Assembly: GCA_000708835.1 (NCBI GenBank)
Contig: DF237265.1
Span: 39,986 to 103,985 of the forward strand
Reading direction: 5' to 3'
DNA from: Klebsormidium nitens
Taxonomy: Eukaryota > Plantae > Klebsormidiophyceae
DNA: 64,000 nucleotides
Shown here: positions 1-9,200 of the stretch, one piece after another
Layout: the number at the start of each line of letters is the position of its first letter
Numbering within the stretch: the stretch's first letter is position 1
Translations under genes and position numbers: made by a program
Notes under the pieces: generated by a model
Databases searched by the model: none
The model's input: the letters and a program-made list of their open reading frames with translations, nothing else
What the model was told of the DNA's origin: nothing

Positions 1-231
1 GCAGGTCGCTAGGAGACAATGTCGCCCAGCTTTCCTTCTGCCCGCTTTTTGATACTTTCGATCCAAACAGCCGACCTGGCAACTCTTGCCCATCTTCCAG
101 TCTTTGAAGATCATCCCGCATTCCAGATGTCGGAACCGTGTATGGCCGTCAACTGTGCTGCTAATTGTAGTTAAGCTGGAGAGCAAGTCGTTGTGCTGCC
201 AATCAACATTCTCGCCACGTTCTCACTGCAG

Positions 232-1610
232 GGAAGGGCTGTGTATATACGTACGACGCGATCGGTTCGTACGAGCGGACGGGGTACAGCTGCCAGGGGA
301 GCGGCCAGCAGCTGGTGATGCCGGTGCTCGACAACCAGCTCAAGTCAGCGAGCCCCCTGGTCCTGCCCGCGGTGGTAGGTGCTGCCGGATAAAGCACCCC
401 AGCGGATACTTAGATATTCAGAAGCTTGCAGTATGATTTTCGGTGCCATTGGTGCCAGCTTTAGATCACGGTGACTCTCCGACCTTCCTATCACAGAGAT
501 TTCCCGACCCGCCTATGGAGAAATGGACGCAAAGCGGGAGCGAACTAGTCTTTTCCTCCGACTCCAAGACTACGACTGCAATGTCGCACCTTGTGTCAGG
601 AATCGGACTTACTGGATGGAAATCCGCGGACTATAATCGACTGTTGAGATATGGAGACAAGAGTCGTGGCGACTTCGTAGCGCTTTCGTGTGTCGTTAGT
701 GACATCGCCGAAGCTGGCGGAAAGACATGCGATGTTCGTCAGATACAGCAAAGCGTGAAAGGAGTGTTGCGGAAGGGCGTATGCACGTGGGTTATACAAC
801 TCGGTTGAGTTGAAAGCGGGGAAAGATCGAACCATATCTTAAAGAGGCTGGAGTTCGCCCGTCTCTTTGCTGCAAGGGCATAATAAAGCAAAAGGAAGGC
901 TTGTAGGAACGTAATAGCAAGAACAGGAAGCTGGTGGTCATCTAAAGATCTAAAAGGAAGGGGCCTATCAGGAGAGAATGTTGATACGTGTTGGAGCTTA
1001 AAAAAGGGAAAATGTTGGGCCGTTGCTTTCACGGGACAGGAAGATGCTTGACTCAGGCTTTGTATCTTCTGTCTACATTCGAGGAAAGGGCAGGCAACTT
1101 TGATGGTACTTCCGCGTGTGCTTGTCATCGACAAACCACTGTTGCGGGTAGTCACTGTGACGATCTTAATTAGGCGAGACCTCTTTCTGTTTGCAGAGCT
1201 CGGCGACTCCGCTATCTGAAGCGGAAGCAATGGATCTGATCAAAGATACATTTGCGTCAGCTGGGGAGAGAGACATTTACACGGTAAGCTTCGGCCTGTG
1301 TGTGCTTCGTAAGCTTCGACCCGTATCTGCTTCGGATGCCACTTAACAAGTTGCGTGGCTGACGAGGATAGGGAAATTTTTGTTTTCAGGGTTGCTCGCC
1401 CAGCTGCATTCAGGAAGTCCAGTCTTTCTCACGGCAGGTTGCGTTCGACCCGAGTGGCAGCATGGTTATTGTACTCTGGATCATTGCTGGTGCACTATCT
1501 TGTTTGTTTCTTACAGTTAACATCCTGTAATGCAGGGTGATGCCGTTGAGATCATAATCATCAACCGGAAAGGTATTCGGAAGGAGGTGCTTCCGCTAAA
1601 GAAGGATTAG
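232..1610 (+). CDS. PBF1: 20S proteasome subunit beta type-1 (beta6), 3' part; exons 232-374, 1197-1283, 1536-1610; 5' exons lie upstream of the window
   Basis: Spliced translation (G)KGCVYTYDAIGSYERTGYSCQGSGQQLVMPVLDNQLKSASPLVLPAV|SSATPLSEAEAMDLIKDTFASAGERDIYT|GDAVEIIIINRKGIRKEVLPLKKD* matches the plant PBF1/PSMB1 C-terminus as I recall it. Introns are GT-AG and phases are consistent. Not present in the ORF track. Confidence 0.95.
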
Positions 1611-3428
1611 TTTGCACGGCCTTGCTCAAAATAGGTACACTGAGAGCTGTGGATATCGTAGAGGTCGCACCTATATGGGGGGATATCGTTGATACATCAT
1701 TCCATTGTTTGTCGTCCCAAAGCGTGCCAGCAACGAGTTCATCACAATGCAGGAGTTCGGATCACGTCAAATGTGTATGGGGCTTCGTTGCATCATGTAC
1801 CTTGTGGCAAGCTGCTTTTTAGCCACTTGGTGTCTTACACACTGAGTAGGTGTTGATTTCCGCAACTCGCCAAGATCTCAAGGTGTTGTTCTGCACAAAT
1901 GCCCCGTTTGTCTTCGGGGGTAACCTTCCGCAGCAAAAGTAGTCCGTGCGACGGTCCCAAAACGTTCACTACCGTCACCCAGCTTTTTTTGTAGTAGCAC
2001 TTTGGAACACCGCGGTGTTTTTGCTAACGTGTGACCGTACGAGCCGGCGAGTTGGCAAGTTTACCCGCGGTGTTTTCTTGGCGACGGCAGCGCCGCAGCC
2101 GCGACCCCCGCCTTTCATTCGCTCGAATCCAACAACACCCGCTCTTTGTTGAAAGGCCCTTGGTGCGGACTGTTTCTGGCATTTTCATGAGTCACTTAAA
2201 ACGATCAAGCTGGTGGTCTGCATGTTTAGGCCCTTCCAAAGTCCGGAGCCTCGGAGATATGTTACTAATTGTGCTACTGGACATGATCATGCTCAGTCAC
2301 GTAACTTGCAATGTAAAGTTTAAACAAATATAGTCGATTTGAGAAACGTATGTATCAACGCCCCAATGGCCGCCTATCCACAGACTCGGTCAAACTTCTC
2401 AATGAGAAACTTCAGTCAACTACTTACCATTTTGACAGTGTCGGTTTCACTTAATTCATAAGGTTTCGAACTCAGTGCGCTCGAGCTACGACGGTTGCAT
2501 GAATCACATGAGGTAACGTACATGGTTCATGCATGACAGGACCATGTAGCTGGCCCGTTCGATCAGTGCATGCCAGCACTTTATATATAATTTGATTTAT
2601 GCCAACTTCAATGTAGGACGTGTGTTTGATAATTTGGCAAATCGTCGTCGTCGGTCGAGCTTGGCTTTTTGCACGTTCATGGACATTGAAGTAACTTACG
2701 TTAAATACTACTGAAGTAATTGCGCCGTTGGGCGCGATGGTGAGTCAGGCGTGCATGCGCATTTTTTTCATTCAGGTGCGCAAATCAACCATCTTCATGC
2801 AGATCTAGGGGTCTATCTCTACATCAGGCTCGATCCTCTTACCTTCAGGCTTGCAAGCTTCTCTGCAGATCCGCATGCCTTGGAGGCCGCGCTGAGCTGG
2901 CAATGACCCCGATTCCTCGCCGAGCCCGGGCGCCGAGCCGATTGATCAGCCGACCACTGTCCAGTGTCCAGTAGTACTCGATGGACAGACCGGGATAATA
3001 GTTGGGGGATCAGCTAGTCCTCAGTACGTTCAACTAAGGAGTCAACCTAGAGGAGTCGGGACTCGAGAGTCGGGAGTCGGGAGTGCGGTGGTTGGGAGTC
3101 GGCGGACGGGCCCGGGGCAGTGCATGAGTAAATGCGTCCGATCGATGTGTCGGCTTGACCAGTCTGCCGGTCTGCCGCATAACCTATCCCCTCGCAACAG
3201 ACTCCGAAACCGAGTCGGACTCCGAGTCCTTGCATGGAGCTAGCCTAGCCTGGGGATGCCGCAGCGGTAGGCCGTCATTGATCATGCATAGCGTATCCCT
3301 CGGAGAGACTCCCTCCACCTTCAGGCTTCAGAAGGTCAGGTAGGAGGTAGGAAGATGTCGGTCCGGGTTAGCCCAGTCCAGACTGCGGCTCAACTGACCC
3401 GCATCTTTGCTGACCACACTGACACCTG

Positions 3429-4094
3429 ATGAGCGCACCCAGCAAGCATTCGTTCTTCTGGTTCCTCTGCAGCATTGCAGGCGCACTCCTTTTAGCTGCC
3501 CTGTATATGCCCAGGATTCCAATGGCGGCCGCGGATCCCTTCCGCTCGCTCTACAACGCCACCAAACGGCACCGCTCACAGCACGGCTGCCTCGCGTACA
3601 CATTCGAAGACGGCCCCAATCTAGTTGCGCTTGTCCAGAAGTTGCGCCCGAACCGCGTGCTGGAACTAGGCACGGCGCTTGGGTACACCGCGTGCATCTT
3701 TTCTACAGGAAGGCCGACCACAAAAGTTGACACCGTCGAGCGCGACCCAGAGCACGTGCGGCTGGCGCGCGAGAATGTGGCGTCCGTCGGGTTAACGGAG
3801 CGCGTCAAAGTGATCGAGGGCGATTTCAACCAGGTTTTACCCAAGCTACCGGCGGCAGGGTATGACGTTGCCTTCTTTGACGGGTATGCGCCGAGTATGG
3901 ACATCATCGACACGCTGAGGACAAAGTTGAGTGGGGAGGGAACGCTGATCTGCGGGAATCTGGGGCTGGTTAGCGATTCAGCGGAGTCGCGGCGGCTGTC
4001 AAAAGAGCTGGCGGATAAGAGCAGGTGGCTTACAGAGTGGGCGCTGGAAGGGGGGGCGACAGCGGTTGCAAAGAAAGTCAACGGGCAGCAGTAG
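3429..4094 (+). CDS. Intronless class I SAM-dependent methyltransferase (O-methyltransferase family 3 / YrrM-like) with N-terminal hydrophobic signal or anchor
   Basis: 221-aa ORF with SAM motif I VLELGTALGYT, acidic post-beta2 TVERD, EGD and VAFFDG. Hydrophobic stretch FFWFLCSIAGALLLAALY at residues 9-26. Confidence 0.88.
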   Translation: MSAPSKHSFFWFLCSIAGALLLAALYMPRIPMAAADPFRSLYNATKRHRSQHGCLAYTFEDGPNLVALVQKLRPNRVLELGTALGYTACIFSTGRPTTKVDTVERDPEHVRLARENVASVGLTERVKVIEGDFNQVLPKLPAAGYDVAFFDGYAPSMDIIDTLRTKLSGEGTLICGNLGLVSDSAESRRLSKELADKSRWLTEWALEGGATAVAKKVNGQQ

Positions 4095-6271
4095 GGCGGC
4101 GCACGCCTTTTCCTAATTAATTCCGAAGCGGCATACCCCAGTTTTCAGTCAAACTGATTGAGTACTGGGGATATGTGATGCCTGATGCACATATTTTCCT
4201 GAAGCCTATCTGATGATGTGGACCCTTCCAGCGCCTGTGTAGCGTGCAGTAGCTGCGACAGAACTGCTAACCCTTTCTTTGATTGTTCCAGAAAGCACGC
4301 TGTATTTGTAGAGAACTGGTTAGATAAATCAAACTTGTGTCACACAACATTCTTCAAATTAAGTGCTTGGATCAAGGGTTGCAAAAGGGGAGATGGGGAG
4401 GGGAGGGATCCGGGAAGGGGCGGGGAGTTGAGCATGAGGAGAGTGGAGGGCACCTGTGGCGAGGGGTAAGGATGGCCCAATTGTTATGCATGTCTTCCAT
4501 CTGTGGATCTCAAAGTGATGGCTTCATGCACATTCTCTCTGTTGATTGAGCATTCTGAGTCCAGCACCGCCATTGATTATTGAAACCCGGATCAACTTGA
4601 GCTTAACTTGCTAAGGAATCCTTTCAAGTGTACACCCTGATTCTGATGTCGGATCAAATGATAACGGAGCATGACCTGGGATGTCGGTGGTTTGACAGAA
4701 GCTTTGGCTCAAGCGAGTGCATGCCACCTGATGCTCAGGGTGGATGACAATCTGTGGCGCCACCCCCACAATCTGCTACACCTTTACTCAATTAGACGGT
4801 CTTTTGGTCAAGTGCCAATGAAGTCGAGTCAGGGCCTGGCATAGTAGCGCAGGGAACGATGGAGACCCAGCCGTGCCCGCTGGCCCCTGATTCAGTCTGG
4901 TAGCACATTACAGTGGTTTTATGTTCGATTTCTTTTGACGGTGTATATGCTTGAAGCATTCTCTCAGTAATATTGTGAACACGGCGCGCTAGCTCTTGCT
5001 TACATGAGTTTGTCATGCTAGAGCTCCGCTGATCCTTGCCATGCCGCCACCGGGTGGGCCATGCATCCGCTAATGTGGTGGAAGTGCCTGGAATGGCATC
5101 ATTAATTGCAGCTGATACAGATCAATAATCGCGCACTCTATTGGAATATACGATGATACTTTGGTCGGATGCATGCGAGCTCGATCACTCTATATTAGAT
5201 ATTCACAGCTCCTGGGTGGAGCCTGCTGCATGCAATGATGGCCGACTCCTCACGATCAGCTTATAGTATTACTACATAGCTTCTTGCAGTCTCCTACCGG
5301 CTAGTAGATATACTATAGTAATCTGGTATATATATATTTAGAGCACGGCTATATATATATCTGCAGTGGCGGCCGCCATGGCATGGTCACATGTCCGACT
5401 TCCGAATATGATCATTATCAGTATATCGCAGAATGCGCTGCATGACTGAGCATGACTGACACTGAGCTATAGCTCTTCGAGCTCGCCGCACCAGCCCCGG
5501 ATCTCCAGCTTATTTACTTGAATAAGCTCGATCCGGTGTTCCGACTGATTGCAATCGTTGCAACTTATGCATCAAACTGAGCTTAATTCAGTGTGCCACT
5601 GAATGGAGCTCACATCATTAGCACATGTGCTGACAATCTTGCATTTGCAAGTAGCCAATCCCGCATGGTCTCAAGCTGTCAAAACCTACCTGCTTAAGCT
5701 CACTGCATTTCCGTCCTGAATTTTCAACAGTATTGTCGAAATTTGCACCCGGTGTTCCCATCAGTCAATATGCACATGTATGGCCGGGCGCGGCCAGCTA
5801 GGGCTGCCCGACCTATTTGGAAAAGACAGAACAGAATGATATCGGTGTAAGATGCAGTACAGTGATTAGTGTACGAGATAATGTACATGATTCGAACAAA
5901 GCTGACATGCAATAGCAATTAACCTGAAGTCCGCTTCTGAACGCCAGATTATGCTGAGTCTCCCGTAGTGCTTGCATGTCACATCTATGCTACATTCGGA
6001 GAGGCTAAGTCGGTGGTCGCACTGGGGGCAGTTCTGTAGGAACCACAGACGAACCCGTTAAGGCGCATCTGATGAAGCCTCCAACCATTGTCTACGTCTG
6101 CACGGGTCTTGAGAATCAAGCAGAAGCTTCTTTCGAGGTGCAAGCTACCATGCGAGCACACTCTGCAAGCAACGTATGTATAAGATGTCCATCAAGACGA
6201 GATTGAACAACAGAATTGAGTGCACCAATGTTGAACGGAGAGGGAGGGAGTGCCACAGCCGCTAGCCTGGG

Positions 6272-9200
6272 TCAGCGTCTTTGCTCACCATCTTTTTGTC
6301 GAGGGTTGAAGCCTGGCATCCCTTCCCGGCTAGCTAACCTCCGCGGCGGTCGACTCGTCACCTCCGGAGGAGAAGACACCTCCCCCACCTCCGCTTGAGG
6401 CCCTGCAGAAGAGAGTATCGGGTGATGAGGACAATGATGCGACAGTGGGCGAAGTTTGCTGACAAAATGATTACATTCAAGACCACTCGAAACTCTTCCG
6501 TCCTTCAGAGGATCAAATATTTCGGAGAACGCTTTAGGAAGTCAGGCAATATAACAGCGAAGCATTCGGAACCCCGTCATTTTGTTACCGGGCAGATCAG
6601 TGCGGCTTTTCTTAACATGAAAAGCTTCTGACGTCGGATGGACCAGGCCCATTCAGATGAGTTCGGTCCGACTGGAAGAAAAAGATCCCAGAACGATCGC
6701 CTCTTGCAGAAATGAACAACGTAGAACCGGGGTCTTTCAGCTTATTAGGCATCATACCCTAGTATGAATTAGGACTGCCGAGCTGTTTGCCCACGAGCAC
6801 GCAACCACACAATCACACCGAGCGGCTACTCGGTACTACCAAAGAGACTGAATACTAAGGCCGTCAGCCTGGATGCACGTGGAAACGAGGACCCCCTAGC
6901 TTGTCCCTCACCTTGGCCGTTGGCCTGGCTCTCCACCCGCGTGAGGTCCTCCTCGCTGGCCGTCGTGAAGAAGGGCCGAATGTACTTCTTGTCCACCGTC
7001 TCCAAAAAGCTGCGCCCACGAGAGAAGCAGCGACAGGGAAAGGAGTGAGATCGGCTGTGTGAACTACCGTCGAAAAGCGATGGGAAAAGCCAAAGCGGGT
7101 CGTCGCAGCAGGTCTATGACTCAAGCGTCTGGATTCCATAGTGTTTGACGTGCGGAACATCAAACGACAAGGTAAAAGAGGACAAGGATTTTGGAAAGGT
7201 GCACGTGTCGAACTTCTGAAGATAAGTGGTTGAAACCGTGGGTGTTAGAGAACACAAGTTTGACTAACAGAACGAAGTGGAGCTTCGAAGTGAAGATCGA
7301 CAGATCATCGTCTTGTCCACAAAAAAAGGAATTGTAGCATGGTCTGCTTTTGAAGCACCGAAGGCGCTATGATTGTGGCGAAAGCTCAGAAAGAGCGCGA
7401 CTCACGTGCCGTTTGCCTCCGGCATGTACTGCTTGGCCGCTCGCTGGAAGTTTTTGAGGCGCATCTGAAGGGAGCCCCGGCTTGTGGGGCTCGAGGGGGG
7501 CGTGTAGTCCGACTCGCCGTTCCCCTGCAACAGGAAACGCGCGTCAAGTTAGCGGTACTGTGATATCGTCCAGGAGAAGGGCAAAAGGCGTAGTCCGGCC
7601 CGACACGAGTAGGCCAGCCGAGTGGCAGCTAATTGACCAACTAGAGAGGAAAAGCCAACAAAAACTTCAACGATTGGGTCTCAAAAGTACTGCACTGCAA
7701 CCAACAGCACACATCTCAAGAAGAACCAAAAGCGGGGGATAAACTCAACGTGGTATTTCAGCCTGCACAATCTATTGCTTAGAAGTCTGGCAGCAAGCTA
7801 GACCAGCGGCGACCACGAATCAAGATACCGGGCGGGCTTCTAAGCTGGGAGCGACAAAATTTAGAACAAACGATGAAAAACGGCAAACACCGCTCACCGA
7901 TCGCATCAGCCCCGCCTCCTCCCCCGCTCCATCTAGAGCCTGCAAAGGATATTTCCACCACTAAGCACTCAAAAAACAGTTGTTGCCCGCCCAATCACAC
8001 TAGCCGGTCTCGAGGTACACTGTGCTAGACGGGACTGGCGCCCACTGTAACCTTATTTCGGTTGAATTGATGAACAGCGAACTGAGGGGGGATACGCAAT
8101 TTTATGCGTGCGCGACGGCTCACCTCCCCTGCCAGTGGCTGGAAGTCGTCCCCCAGCAAGTCGAGCCGCCTGAGGACCTCCGCTGTGGAACCCCCGACCC
8201 CCAAGACCTGCGGAAAAGAAAGACACGGAGTGACCTTAGAGGCACGACGAGTCTTGTCACAGCCCGACCCACCCGTTGGCAGCCCATTTGCAAGCAGAGT
8301 GCTGCGAAGAATTGAGCACACGGGTCGACCCAATTAAATGTGGTCAACAATTCTGCGTGTACCAGGGCCCTTTTTTTCGAGATCCATGACTCAAAGAGGC
8401 AGGAAAAGCACTTTAGCCGATTGTGTTGAGCGCGATTCCGTGGGTCAAAGAGAGGCACGTAAGGGTCAAGGATGCACTATCCTTGCCTTCTATGATCTGA
8501 CACATTCTAGACAAAGTCCTGCCTTCATAAGCTCGAAAGTGCTTCATAAGCCCATAATCGCTCCTCTTCTGAGGTGGTGCGGGCTCTTACCGTGAGCACC
8601 ACGATGGCCGTGGTCGTTGTGAACATGACCTTCCCGTGGCCCGTTGGTAGGTCCTCAATCGACTGCAGCGCAAGTGCGAACGCCATGGCGCCCCGGAGAC
8701 CTGCACGGAATTGACACGAAAGCAGCTGACCAGTGGGCCTCGGCCGGGGAATAGATCTGGGTACACTTGGCCATATTGCTTTTCTTGTTTAGTTTCGTGC
8801 GCTGAATCGGCCCAGGAACGATGCATAGCGGACGTCTCAACGAGAGAAGAAAAAATTGCACAAAGGAACCATGAGCGTATGATTTAAATGGGGAGCGCAA
8901 ACCAATGAACGACTCAGCGATGGCCGTTCTGAAGAGAGGATTCGACCCCTAACGAGCCGGAGCCTGTGTAAAGAAACATCGATCATATGCTGTTCGTGCC
9001 CTGATGGCTTACCGCTGAACCAGAGCGCTTTTTGATGGGCCATAGGGATGTTCTTGCTGCGGGGCCGGATAGTGTTGATGATGTATGACAGCGGGAACAC
9101 GTTGGCGGCCCTGCGCAGGACCGGAACGCTTGCTTGAGCGGAAGGGCATCTTGTTTATAACGATGCACATCGAGAAGCGTGGAAGCTTGCAAGCTGTGTG

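Noticed and set aside
443-1173. ORFs 443-808 and 988-1173 (+) and 739-1230 (-)
   Set aside because: They lie in PBF1 intron 375-1196, have non-ATG or weak starts, and show no recognisable motifs.
8938-8949. tRNA B-box-like GGGGTCGAATCC (minus) in an NHX intron
   Set aside because: No A box, cloverleaf or tail, so it is neither a tRNA nor a SINE.
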